Origin: a virus
Lineage: Duplodnaviria > Caudoviricetes
DNA length: 64,000 nt
Virus record (IMG/VR): IMGVR_UViG_3300031823_000002
Span: 57,080 to 121,079 of that record
Reading direction: 5' to 3' (one strand)
The notes below the pieces were generated by a model that did no database searches, had not been told where the DNA came from, and was given only the letters and a program-made list of their open reading frames with translations. Positions 1 through 8,824 of this stretch are shown here, one piece after another. A program made the translations under genes and the position numbers. Each line of letters begins with the position of its first letter. Position 1 is the stretch's first letter.

Positions 1-157
1 CCCCGTCGCACGCTCGATCTGGCTGCGCACGTTCAGGAAAAGCTGATGCTGCTCTCCACTATCCGGCGCATCCGTACACGGGAGTTTTTAATTATTCAGC
101 GCGAGGACGGCGGGGAAGGCGTGGTCGCATGAAAAGCTCTTTAGGAGACAAGGCATA

Positions 158-679
158 ATGGCGCTTGAAGTGGAAATGGAACGCGGCTGGGAATGGCTGG
201 AAGATGCGGCACACGATCTGCGCCTGACTGGCAGTATCGCCATGAAGTTCATCGTGGAAAACGAGCGCAGTGTCGTCATCATGCTCGTGCCTGAGTCGGA
301 GGTCATCAACGATCCCGATCTGAAAACCTCAGTCGCCCAAAAGGTGCGTACGCTGGTGGACTCGATGGACGCGCATACCGTTTACCATCTCTCCGATGCT
401 TGGACGAGTACGGTGAATAACGCCAGCCAGAGGCCGGAGTTAATCCGCAAGATTGAGGAGCTAGGCATTCGCCGCGCCTCTGATCTGGGCCTGATCGAGC
501 GCCGCGAAGCCCTGATGTGCTCGATCAGCACCCGTAACGGCGAAGGTGCGACGCTGCGCTGGTTCTATCGCCGCGATGGGAAACAGATCACCATGGAAGA
601 GCGCGACCGTCCCGGCGGGGCCATGAAAGGCAGATTCTCCCACCTGTTCGACAAAGGGTCTGACCATGATCGGCGATGA
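158..679 (+). CDS. hypothetical phage protein
   Basis: 173-aa ORF, AGGAG upstream, natural composition; no motif recognised. Confidence 0.7.
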   Translation: MALEVEMERGWEWLEDAAHDLRLTGSIAMKFIVENERSVVIMLVPESEVINDPDLKTSVAQKVRTLVDSMDAHTVYHLSDAWTSTVNNASQRPELIRKIEELGIRRASDLGLIERREALMCSISTRNGEGATLRWFYRRDGKQITMEERDRPGGAMKGRFSHLFDKGSDHDRR

Positions 680-1213
680 TTGGTTCATACAGGCGATTGC
701 TGCTGCCATCGCGTTAGGGCTGATCTTCTGGCTGCTCGAACGGCGCGAGCGCAGACGCAGGCAAGGGAAGTAAGTCTGCTAATAGGTGTGCCTACCTTAG
801 TAATCTAAGTCAGTCAGGGTACTTACTGTATTACGGCATAGATGGAAATTAATTTCCTTGGAGTAATGCTCCAAGCATCTTCTCGCCGCTACGCATCTTT
901 TAAAATCCATCGCAACTCTCGCGGATTTTAAATCTCATCAAAACACTGAAAACGGTAACAACCGAACTCTGCATCTGTAACTGCTCTGGTAACTAACAGA
1001 TCAGGCGGGAAGTCTCACACACGAGGCGCAGCTTCTGAATCACACGATGCGTGCGAAGTTGAAAAATATTTACCCTGCCTGTGCAAAACCATGCGCAAGA
1101 CTCTTGACTCAGGAGGATGAGGAAGAGGAACATGACCAAAGTCAGTTAGCCACTCTCATCGTGATGTTAAGGGCCATATGCACAGCCGATCAAGCTTGAA
1201 CCCCACCCGATGA

Positions 1214-1480
1214 ATGTTGGACCCGCAAAAAGATGTGTCACAGCCAGCTTGGCCAAAAGTTGGGAGGCTAGAAGTGTCCGAGCAATTAAGAAAACCCGTG
1301 AAGCCAGTGAGGCCGCGCAACCACTGCAACCGTTGCGGGCTGAACTGGACGCAGCGCAAACCCGAAGACGGCAAACCGCGTGAGTGTCCCGAGTGCCACA
1401 AGCGCAACTGGAGTGATCCGCCCGACGAGCACCCCAACCCCAATCAAGAAGCGGCACCGCAGGCTCGCATGAGCGCGTAA
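1214..1480 (+). CDS. small zinc-ribbon protein
   Basis: CNRC...W...P.ECPEC...W four-Cys pattern typical of small phage Zn-finger proteins. Confidence 0.65.
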   Translation: MLDPQKDVSQPAWPKVGRLEVSEQLRKPVKPVRPRNHCNRCGLNWTQRKPEDGKPRECPECHKRNWSDPPDEHPNPNQEAAPQARMSA

Positions 1481-1721
1481 CCTGCCGTATAACCTGTGTT
1501 ACTTCCGGGAGAGTAAGTCAGTGGCCGAGTTATTCGTAATTACGCGGAGCAACAAACAACCTTACCGGTTGCACCCGAGGTACGGCCATGCGCAGCCTTG
1601 ACGAACTGTACTGGGACAGCCACTGCAATGAGCGCTGTGGCTGCAAGAGCCTGAAAGAGGCGTTGGCCAAGCATCCGGAATTACGCAAGGCCAGAGACGG
1701 CGATGAAAGCGAGGCAAGTTC

Positions 1722-1979
1722 ATGCCAGCCGAATACCTCATCCTCAAAAACCGAGTCGCACCGATAGAGCGCTGCCCCGACTGTGGGGCGTACCCCTTCG
1801 ACTGCTTCATGCGCGGCATGGTGAAGAGCTACTGGCGGGCCTTCTGGGGGCGTCCCTGCTGGTGTGTCATCTGCTCCCAGTGTAAAGAGATCGTGGGCTA
1901 CGAGTTGGCCTGCCCGCGCAACTCCCTGCGGCGCACCCTGTACGACATCTTCACCTCGTTCAGAGCAAGGCGCTCGTGA
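1722..1979 (+). CDS. small Cys-rich hypothetical protein
   Basis: CPDC and CSQC motifs; GAGG upstream; stop overlaps the next start. Confidence 0.6.
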   Translation: MPAEYLILKNRVAPIERCPDCGAYPFDCFMRGMVKSYWRAFWGRPCWCVICSQCKEIVGYELACPRNSLRRTLYDIFTSFRARRS

Positions 1980-2245
1980 TGATCCAACCCATTCACCCAA
2001 AAGAAAGGACTATCCCCATGGCCTACATCCGCGAACGTTCGAACGGCACCAGTGTCGTCCATCCCCATAAACTCCGCGCCATGCTGAAAACTAAAATCTC
2101 CGAGCTACTCACCCGCTACTCACTGGACGAGGTGTTGAGCGAAGTCGCTGCCCAGCGGCCCAGCTTTGACATCCACATCTGTCCAGCCAAGACCGATACG
2201 GTCCCCGGCACCAAACCCGAAGAACAGGAAGCAGTGGAGGTCTAA
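1976..2245 (+). CDS. hypothetical protein
   Basis: ORF in a tightly packed + strand run; start may be ATG 2018 after AAGGA. Confidence 0.55.
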   Translation: MMIQPIHPKERTIPMAYIRERSNGTSVVHPHKLRAMLKTKISELLTRYSLDEVLSEVAAQRPSFDIHICPAKTDTVPGTKPEEQEAVEV

Positions 2246-2247
2246 CG

Positions 2248-2526
2248 ATGCCCTGCGGCGGCGTGTATCCAGTCCGTATCATTCCCGACGATGGCGGCAT
2301 TCGACCCGCCACCATGACTCCCGCAGAGAAGCGCACCTGCTTCTGGTGCCGCAGACCGGGTGCAGGGCACTTCTATGAAGAGTGGGACGCGTACGTCCAC
2401 GCCGCCTGCTTCCTGCATGATCTGCGTAACCATCCGGACGGTGAAGCTGCCATCGCACTGATCCATGGGCACCAGATTTACCTCGACACCACCGCTGACC
2501 AATATCCCGTGCTGACGCCACAATGA
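2248..2526 (+). CDS. hypothetical protein
   Basis: GGAGG SD upstream; CxxC; ATGA overlap with next gene. Confidence 0.6.
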   Translation: MPCGGVYPVRIIPDDGGIRPATMTPAEKRTCFWCRRPGAGHFYEEWDAYVHAACFLHDLRNHPDGEAAIALIHGHQIYLDTTADQYPVLTPQ

Positions 2527-2768
2527 GCAGAGGGCGTGACACGTTGCTGGCGGAAATTAAAAACGGGGGTAAGGAATCGCCCTGCCCCCTGTGCGGATTA
2601 CCCCGTGTCAAGCGCAGCGACTACATTCGCTGCTGCCGGTGCGGGACCAACTGGGTAGAGGGTGATCCGCTGGACAAAGACCCACGGAATTTCCGCCAGC
2701 GCAGGTTGATCGACGATATGCAGGCCATGCAGATTAAAAAGAGGGAGGAGCCGGATGGACGAAGCTAA
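2523..2768 (+). CDS. small zinc-ribbon protein
   Basis: CPLC...CCRC motifs; translationally coupled. Confidence 0.6.
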   Translation: MSRGRDTLLAEIKNGGKESPCPLCGLPRVKRSDYIRCCRCGTNWVEGDPLDKDPRNFRQRRLIDDMQAMQIKKREEPDGRS

Positions 2769-2979
2769 GCAGTTCTCCGTCGATGGAGACGAGGTCGTGA
2801 TCCGCATCAGCGCCGATGACTACGACTGGCTCCTGATCATGATGGGCTTTGCCGTGGGCGCGGCCTGTGAGAAGGATCGGGGGATGGCGTACCGCTTTCT
2901 CGATCTGATCAACCGCGTGAACAGGGGAAATCCCAACTTCATACCGTACGAGATACCGCAACACCTGAAAGGAGACTAG
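2755..2979 (+). CDS. hypothetical protein
   Basis: GGAGGAG SD; packed operon. Confidence 0.6.
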   Translation: MDEAKQFSVDGDEVVIRISADDYDWLLIMMGFAVGAACEKDRGMAYRFLDLINRVNRGNPNFIPYEIPQHLKGD

Positions 2980-2988
2980 GCAATCCGT

Positions 2989-3192
2989 ATGGCCCACTAT
3001 CAGGTCTATCTGCGCGGCGGCGTGACCACCGAAATACAGGTCGAGAAGAACATCATCGTCAACTCCACCAAGCTGGAGAACGCCATCGGGTTGAGCTTCG
3101 CAAGGTTCAGCGCATGGGTCAAAGAGAAGGGCGGCGAGATCGTTCTGGTCATGGAGCCACCCTCTCTGGAAAGGATCAGCAAGTTATGGTGA
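2989..3192 (+). CDS. hypothetical protein
   Basis: 67-aa ORF filling the operon gap. Confidence 0.55.
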   Translation: MAHYQVYLRGGVTTEIQVEKNIIVNSTKLENAIGLSFARFSAWVKEKGGEIVLVMEPPSLERISKLW

Positions 3193-3854
3193 CAACACAG
3201 AAAAAGCCCGCAGCCTCCGGCAGGGTAGAAGTTCAGGACGAATTAAAATTGCGCTGGCCCGAGGGCTGGAAGCGAACCCTGATTGAGTTGCGTAGGGGGC
3301 AAAAGCGATGGGGCAAGACCTCTTCCTACTACCACCAGAGCGTCATCAGGGAACTGACGCTGATGGGTGCCACCGCCATCCTGATCACCCATTGGCCCAA
3401 CGACAAGGAGCGCATGGACCCCGGCGTTGCCGTGTGGTTCTCGCTGGTCAAGGAAGACTACTCATGGCAGACGCTGCTCGATCTGCCGCCCGCGCCCACA
3501 CTGGACGAGATCGACCGCGCCTTCCGCGACAAGGCGAAGCCCATCCACCCCGACCGGACGGACGGCGGCGATCCCGAGATGTTCAAACGGATGGGTGAGG
3601 CCAAGAGGCGGGCCAGAGATTGGGTTCTGGGCGAGAATGCGGGCCGTCATGAGCATGTGATGGCGCTGGACCTTTACACCAGCATCCACTCCAATCTGGC
3701 CGGACTCGCGCAAGCCTTCAAGGCGTTCCGATCCTTGCAGCGTCTGGGTATGCCCACCATTCTGGAGCGCGTGCTGGAGGGAGCTTTGAAGGGCGTACTG
3801 CCTATGACGGCATCGGGAGGTGCCAATGAGCCTCGTACTGAACGTTCCGCATAA
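3186..3854 (+). CDS. J-domain (DnaJ-like) protein
   Basis: LDLPPAPTLDEIDRAFRDKAKPIHPDRTDGGDPEMFKRMGEA: J-domain helices with HPD motif; start set at in-frame ATG 3186. Confidence 0.8.
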   Translation: MVTTQKKPAASGRVEVQDELKLRWPEGWKRTLIELRRGQKRWGKTSSYYHQSVIRELTLMGATAILITHWPNDKERMDPGVAVWFSLVKEDYSWQTLLDLPPAPTLDEIDRAFRDKAKPIHPDRTDGGDPEMFKRMGEAKRRARDWVLGENAGRHEHVMALDLYTSIHSNLAGLAQAFKAFRSLQRLGMPTILERVLEGALKGVLPMTASGGANEPRTERSA

Positions 3855-4299
3855 CCCGCAAGACACGATCACCTCACTTCAGCGCGAACTGCATGACCGA
3901 ATCCTGCGCATTCGCGAACTGGAAGATGAACTCGACAAAGAGAAGCTGCGCAACCGGGGCGTCGAGGTCAGCGCCGCAAGCCTGCGCAACATTCTAACCC
4001 CGCTCTACAACGCCATTGGCGGCATTCTCGGCCATATAGACGCCATGGATATCACCGCCACGGACGGACGCAGCAGCGAAGACGACAAGGTGTGGGAGTC
4101 GTGGAAACAGAAGCTGGGGGGAAAGACGGCAGCGGCCATCGACGCGCTGCGCATGCACGGCCCCATGACACAGGCACAGTTACGAATTCAGCTAGGCTGC
4201 GCGACGCGTACGGTCACCAACGTAGTCGGAGCACTGAACAAGGCCGCGCTCATCAACAAGGCCAACGGAAAGATCGCGCTCAAGGAGTTGTACAAGTGA
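3820..4299 (+). CDS. coiled-coil + winged-HTH protein
   Basis: N-terminal heptads; C-terminal GPMTQAQL...TVTNVVGALNKAALI winged-helix pattern. Confidence 0.65.
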   Translation: MPMSLVLNVPHNPQDTITSLQRELHDRILRIRELEDELDKEKLRNRGVEVSAASLRNILTPLYNAIGGILGHIDAMDITATDGRSSEDDKVWESWKQKLGGKTAAAIDALRMHGPMTQAQLRIQLGCATRTVTNVVGALNKAALINKANGKIALKELYK

Positions 4300-4498
4300 C
4301 ACTCTGGACGTTGTGCAACCCACACAGCTTGTCTATGGTGATCGAAATCATAGGCGTTCAAACGGTGCGAGCTACCTTCCCGGCGATCCCCGGCTGCGAA
4401 GGAGAGGGCACCCATCTCGATCCTTGGAAAGCACGCGATATGGCGATCCTCAATTGCGCACAGTCAATTGTGGCGAAGCTGCAATCGGAGTAAACGTC

Positions 4499-4738
4499 AT
4501 GCATATTCAGGTCGTCAGCACAGAAGGTGGAAGACACGAACTTATCACGCTCACTGAACCAGTGACGATTTTGTGCGGCGAAACATTGGACCGTTTAATC
4601 TGCGGAGCCACGGAACACTGGTTCAGGAAAGACGGCACCTACGACGGTTGGGGCATGAATCTGGCCGACACCAAGATGACTCCAGAGGAAATATCCAAGC
4701 TTGTCGATGAGGTCGAGAAGGGCCGGGTGTTCCCGTAA
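4499..4738 (+). CDS. hypothetical protein
   Basis: ATG 4499 after GGAG (MHIQVVST...); C-terminal part of track ORF 4313..4738. Confidence 0.55.
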   Translation: MHIQVVSTEGGRHELITLTEPVTILCGETLDRLICGATEHWFRKDGTYDGWGMNLADTKMTPEEISKLVDEVEKGRVFP

Positions 4739-4755
4739 AGAACACGGAGGCAACG

Positions 4756-5121
4756 ATGGGTCTAAGCACACACAACTTCGACACAGAGCTTTCCATCTGG
4801 GCAAAGGTTCACAGGATTCACAACTCCCATCCGGGGAAGGTTCTCCTTGACGGTCGGGAGGTTTGCCTAGAAAAGCTCCACGGCAACTTGTCTGACACCT
4901 TCGAACCAATAGCAAGGAAGAGAAAGATAAAGCCGCCAGAGAACCGGCCCCGGTCGGCAGATTGCCTCGTTCACCGCAATGCGGAGTTTGCCCAAGCGCA
5001 TGCGGAGAGGCTGGAGCGCCTGACCGGCGACCACTGCGAGGTTAGGAAGTACGGACCTACCCTCTTCAAGGTGATCCGGTATGACGCCAGCGGCAAGTGG
5101 GTCTTGAACTGTTCTTACTGA
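4756..5121 (+). CDS. hypothetical protein
   Basis: GGAGG SD, 121 aa. Confidence 0.6.
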   Translation: MGLSTHNFDTELSIWAKVHRIHNSHPGKVLLDGREVCLEKLHGNLSDTFEPIARKRKIKPPENRPRSADCLVHRNAEFAQAHAERLERLTGDHCEVRKYGPTLFKVIRYDASGKWVLNCSY

Positions 5122-5278
5122 GGAGAGAAGCGATGCGTGTTCTGTTGATAGACGAAGAAGCCAAGGAAAAAGTCGCGCAGGTGATGTCCTATGCGCGACA
5201 GCACATCTACCACCCCGGCACAGATACCAAAGTGCCGGGAGGCCCCACTGTTATGGTGCTGGCCGAGGAGTTGACGCA

Positions 5279-5536
5279 ATGAGTGACGATAAGGAAATTA
5301 AAACGCATACATCTGAAGACGACGAGTACTTAGAGCGGGCGAAGAAACGCGCCTTGGCCTACCTCGATCAGCTACACGATCCGGCGCAGGCATTCACGTC
5401 GATGCTCAGCGACATGACCAAGAACCCACATTTTAGGAACCATGCAGGCAACATGATCGGCACGGGGATGATGCTGATTCCCGGCTGGATCACCAACCCG
5501 GTCGAGGTGCGACGCTGGATTGAGGGCTATCGCTGA
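5279..5536 (+). CDS. hypothetical protein
   Basis: GAGGAG SD; last + gene before a convergent - gene. Confidence 0.6.
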   Translation: MSDDKEIKTHTSEDDEYLERAKKRALAYLDQLHDPAQAFTSMLSDMTKNPHFRNHAGNMIGTGMMLIPGWITNPVEVRRWIEGYR

Positions 5537-5537
5537 G

Positions 5538-6215
5538 TTATTTCTTAGTCTTTTTCTTAGCTCTTGCGACCCTTGTGACTGGTTCCGGTTCTGGTTCAGG
5601 TTCCGGCTCCGGCTCTTCTTCTTCCGACTCTTCCGGTTCCTCTGGCTCTGGCTCTTCAGGCTCCGGTTCGGGTTCCGGTTCAGCCGGTGGTTCCGGCTCA
5701 GGCTCCGGCTCTGGTTCAGGTTCAGGCTCAGGCTCTGGTGTTGGCGGTTCCGGTATAGGAAGCCCAGCCAGCGTCAGCAACTGGACGTATCCCTCCTGTA
5801 CCATCGCGTCTAACTCTTCCTGTGTATGCTGGCCAACCCGCACGCGGTCGTCGCCGATGTCAACCGCTTCCCCCGGAGCCGCTTCCCCGGATTGCATACT
5901 GGGCAAGGAAACCCAGTAGAACGTTTGTTCGTTGACGCTGATCCGCCAGATGGCGCAGTAGCCAATCTCACCGTCCGGGACATGGCCAAGCTGCATCATC
6001 CCCCATTCGTCATAGCCAGCGATATCCGCCAGCCAGCCGCGAAAGCTGGCACGCTGCATCTCCAGTTGTTCACCGGGAGCCACACCTAGTGCTGTGAGAA
6101 TTGCATTGGAGTTCGGCCTGCCTTCCTCCATGCGCATGGTGGCGTCTTGAATCTTGAGCATGTCTTCGCGACGCATTGCTTCTGCGAACTCTTCCAGTGT
6201 TGCGACCTGCTGCAT
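5538..6215 (-). CDS. hypothetical protein with (Pro-Glu)n repeat and basic C-terminus
   Basis: GGAGG SD; long PEPEPE tract followed by RAKKKTKK. Confidence 0.75.
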   Translation of the reverse strand: MQQVATLEEFAEAMRREDMLKIQDATMRMEEGRPNSNAILTALGVAPGEQLEMQRASFRGWLADIAGYDEWGMMQLGHVPDGEIGYCAIWRISVNEQTFYWVSLPSMQSGEAAPGEAVDIGDDRVRVGQHTQEELDAMVQEGYVQLLTLAGLPIPEPPTPEPEPEPEPEPEPEPEPPAEPEPEPEPEEPEPEEPEESEEEEPEPEPEPEPEPVTRVARAKKKTKK

Positions 6216-6266
6216 ATATCAACCTCCACTGCCTATAGTAGGTCTAGAAGCGAACTTATCCGACAC

Positions 6267-6467
6267 TTATTGTCCCCAGATAGATTCTTGCTCTTCACGA
6301 TGCGCGGCCAGCACGCGGCTGCGGTGCGGCGCAGGGAGATAGACCATGCCACCCATGCCACCGGGTTTAGGAGCGAGGCACTTGCCCGACACGGCTGCGT
6401 TGCACTCTGGACACCTGATAGAGAGGGTCTCGTCATCATAGTTGTCGAAGTCTAGGTGCAAGTCCAT
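6267..6467 (-). CDS. small zinc-finger protein
   Basis: CPEC.A..G.C...PH.SR pattern; repeated GAGG SD tract upstream. Confidence 0.65.
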   Translation of the reverse strand: MDLHLDFDNYDDETLSIRCPECNAAVSGKCLAPKPGGMGGMVYLPAPHRSRVLAAHREEQESIWGQ

Positions 6468-6506
6468 TGTTCCTCCTCTTCCTCCTCTTCCTCTTAACTA
6501 CTCTAG

Positions 6507-6536
6507 TTATCCACAAAAGTTTTCCACTTATGCACC
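6507..6536 (+). promoter_or_regulatory. DnaA-box-like cluster in a divergent intergenic region
   Basis: TTATCCACA (6507-6515, perfect), TTTTCCACT (6520-6528), TTATGCACC (6528-6536). Confidence 0.4.
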
Positions 6537-6599
6537 AGCGTTCTTGACTTAAGGCGCAGCTTAGGCGCATGTTAGCAGAGTCGTGAAGGCTTATTCACC

Positions 6600-6794
6600 A
6601 TGCCGCTGTTGGAAAAGATTTACATGCAGGAGAGAATCACTGACCTGCTCGTTCGCTTCTGGGGGTTGGGCAAAGAACTCAACGCCGAGGAGAAGGACAC
6701 GCTTCTGACGGCACTTGACGCAGAAAATAAATCCATTCGCGGGCCGATCCATGTGCGAGCACTGGAACGGCTCCGGGAGATGGGGATTGAGTAA
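6600..6794 (+). CDS. hypothetical protein
   Basis: first ORF of the + strand block. Confidence 0.55.
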   Translation: MPLLEKIYMQERITDLLVRFWGLGKELNAEEKDTLLTALDAENKSIRGPIHVRALERLREMGIE

Positions 6795-6796
6795 AC

Positions 6797-7015
6797 ATGC
6801 CAGCCGACAAGGACGCGCCCTGTGGACGCTGCCACATGCCTCTGAGCGAGCACTGTCCGGGGGATGTGGTTCACGGCGGCATCAAGTGCCGCACTCGCCA
6901 CTGCCTTGCGCCGTTGTGTGACTGCATAGACTATGTGGAGACGAGAGATGCCGCGATCCAAGCCAAGGCCGAGAGCCGAATCGCAGACCGAGGACGTAGA
7001 CCTGAAACAGCGTAG
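6797..7015 (+). CDS. small Cys/His-rich protein
   Basis: CGRC.....EHC...C....C.C..Y pattern. Confidence 0.55.
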   Translation: MPADKDAPCGRCHMPLSEHCPGDVVHGGIKCRTRHCLAPLCDCIDYVETRDAAIQAKAESRIADRGRRPETA

Positions 7016-7250
7016 AAAACGCGCCAACGACTGGAAGCTATTCCGCCGTAACAACCTCTTTACACAGAAGCGGCTGGCCGAAGTGATCGGCGTGTCGCGT
7101 CGCACCATCCAACAGATCGAGGGCGGTCACATTACGCCGCGTGACGTGACGCTGCGCCGCTTCGCCGTCTTTAAACAAAAGTGCAAAGTCAACGCAGATT
7201 TAAATCTGCAACTTGTAGAAGGAGAAACTGATGGCAACGGAAGTAGATGA
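6933..7250 (+). CDS. XRE/Cro-family HTH regulator
   Basis: FTQKRLAEVIGVSRRTIQQIEGGHITP; true start uncertain. Confidence 0.85.
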   Translation: MWRREMPRSKPRPRAESQTEDVDLKQRRKRANDWKLFRRNNLFTQKRLAEVIGVSRRTIQQIEGGHITPRDVTLRRFAVFKQKCKVNADLNLQLVEGETDGNGSR

Positions 7251-7629
7251 GTACGTCGAACCCTTGAGTGGCGAAGAGATTGTGATCGATCTGTGCTCGC
7301 GGATCGCTGAAAAGCTGCGAGCGGATTGCAACCTGAGAGAGAGCGATGCCTACAGCGGCGGCTACATGGCCAAAGTAACTGTCCATCTGGAGGCTTACGG
7401 GATGGATACGGCCAACGTGGACGTGACAGTTGCAACCGGCAAGCCACAGGACACCCCGGATGAACTGCTCGACACCGAGTACGAGATTCCCCGCGAGGAA
7501 GCTCTGAACAAGGTGCGCGAGCGCTCCGACCAGCCGGTGCCCACGCTCACGAGCGAAGGCGGTCAGCCGGTGGTAAAGCAGCGCCGTTACGTGAGGGGCG
7601 CTGAGAAGGTGGGCGGGGGAGCAAATTAA
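7231..7629 (+). CDS. hypothetical protein
   Basis: AAGGAG SD, 132 aa. Confidence 0.7.
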   Translation: MATEVDEYVEPLSGEEIVIDLCSRIAEKLRADCNLRESDAYSGGYMAKVTVHLEAYGMDTANVDVTVATGKPQDTPDELLDTEYEIPREEALNKVRERSDQPVPTLTSEGGQPVVKQRRYVRGAEKVGGGAN

Positions 7630-7653
7630 AATTTTCCGCGCACTGTTACGCGG

Positions 7654-7698
7654 CGTGCGGCAGTCTTCGAGGGAACGGGAAGCCCAGACTGCCGCACG
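7654..7698. repeat. perfect 13-bp inverted repeat (hairpin)
   Basis: CGTGCGGCAGTCT (7654-7666) / AGACTGCCGCACG (7686-7698), intergenic. Confidence 0.8.
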
Positions 7699-7718
7699 TA
7701 TTCCGCCGAGGTTCAGCG

Positions 7719-8054
7719 ATGACCGACGACCAGATGAATGCGTTTGTCGAACGTTTTGTGCTATCGTTCGAAAAAATAGGGACAGCGCTGGAGGGTCTGG
7801 ATGAAACCTACCGACGACACCTCGACAAGCTCTACCCGGCCCGCGCAGAGCGCCGGGAAGCGGTCGTTACGCGGGTCCAAACCGAAGAAGACCGCATCCG
7901 CGAAGCCCAAGGCTCAAGCGCGAAGCCACTCGACCAATGGCTCAGCGAAGTCGAAGACGAAGAAGAAGAGCGGGAATATATTGGAGTTCGCGAGCGGGTC
8001 TGGCTCGACGGTCAAAAGCGTAGGCAAACTGAAGAGAAACCAGCAGGGGATTGA
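7719..8054 (+). CDS. hypothetical protein
   Basis: GAGG SD; helical charged 111 aa. Confidence 0.65.
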   Translation: MTDDQMNAFVERFVLSFEKIGTALEGLDETYRRHLDKLYPARAERREAVVTRVQTEEDRIREAQGSSAKPLDQWLSEVEDEEEEREYIGVRERVWLDGQKRRQTEEKPAGD

Positions 8055-8676
8055 TCGCTCGGCAAATGCCCTCAAGCGCATCCGCGTCTCCCCGGAACAA
8101 CTGGCGCTCGCCCCCCAGATCACGCCCCTGCTGAAGCAGGCCGCAGGTGGACTGCAACAGGTCATTACGGCACTGCGCTTCTCCGCCGATACTCTCGCGC
8201 TGGCGTTCCTTGAAAAGTACGACTCTATCCCGACTGGAGATCGCGAGTACCTGTCGATTGAGTCCATCGCTCTGGCGGCGGGAATCGACATCACCCACCT
8301 ACTGGGATCGATCATGGTCTCCCTTCAGCAGCACGCGGTCAACGCGACACGGATTATCGCCATGACGAATCACCCCAAGATTACGGAGGCCAGAGTTGCG
8401 TACGGCATGCTTCCGCTGGGTGAACGCGACCGCACGGCGCTGGATACGGCGATGGGATTCCTGCCCAGCCCCAAGGGGCCGACCTTCATCGGCAAAGCCA
8501 TTTTCGGTTCCGGCAAAAATACGATGGATCAGCAGCGGAGTGATGAGGACGACGATCCGGGAGACGATGGTGATGGCCCCGATCTGGACAAGCTCTTTCC
8601 ACCTGCAAACACGATGCAGAATAAATTAACCGCGATCCGGCAGAGAGCGTTACCGCCTCCCCCGAATCAGCAATGA
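7801..8676 (+). CDS. putative terminase small subunit
   Basis: helical protein immediately upstream of TerL; product assigned by synteny only; start uncertain. Confidence 0.45.
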   Translation: MKPTDDTSTSSTRPAQSAGKRSLRGSKPKKTASAKPKAQARSHSTNGSAKSKTKKKSGNILEFASGSGSTVKSVGKLKRNQQGIDRSANALKRIRVSPEQLALAPQITPLLKQAAGGLQQVITALRFSADTLALAFLEKYDSIPTGDREYLSIESIALAAGIDITHLLGSIMVSLQQHAVNATRIIAMTNHPKITEARVAYGMLPLGERDRTALDTAMGFLPSPKGPTFIGKAIFGSGKNTMDQQRSDEDDDPGDDGDGPDLDKLFPPANTMQNKLTAIRQRALPPPPNQQ

Positions 8677-8744
8677 ATTTTTTAATTGCGGCAGCGTTTC
8701 CTTCTTGACGCCTGCCGAAAACAAGCTTAAGTATTGATTCGATA

Positions 8745-8817
8745 GGGACACAGGCTCCTCTTCTCAGAGAAGGGACAGGCAATGGCTCTGGCGACAACGC
8801 CAGAGCCATTTCTATTT
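8745..8817 (+). terminator. leader motif + intrinsic terminator-like hairpin upstream of terL
   Basis: GGGACACAGG, then perfect 13-bp stem AATGGCTCTGGCG-acaa-CGCCAGAGCCATT and TCTATTT. Confidence 0.65.
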
Positions 8818-8824
8818 GCGGCTC

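Noticed and set aside
5575-5919. (Gly-Ser)n ORF on + strand
   Set aside because: It is the antisense shadow of the (Pro-Glu)n tract of 5538..6215, which has an SD and a globular N-terminal domain.
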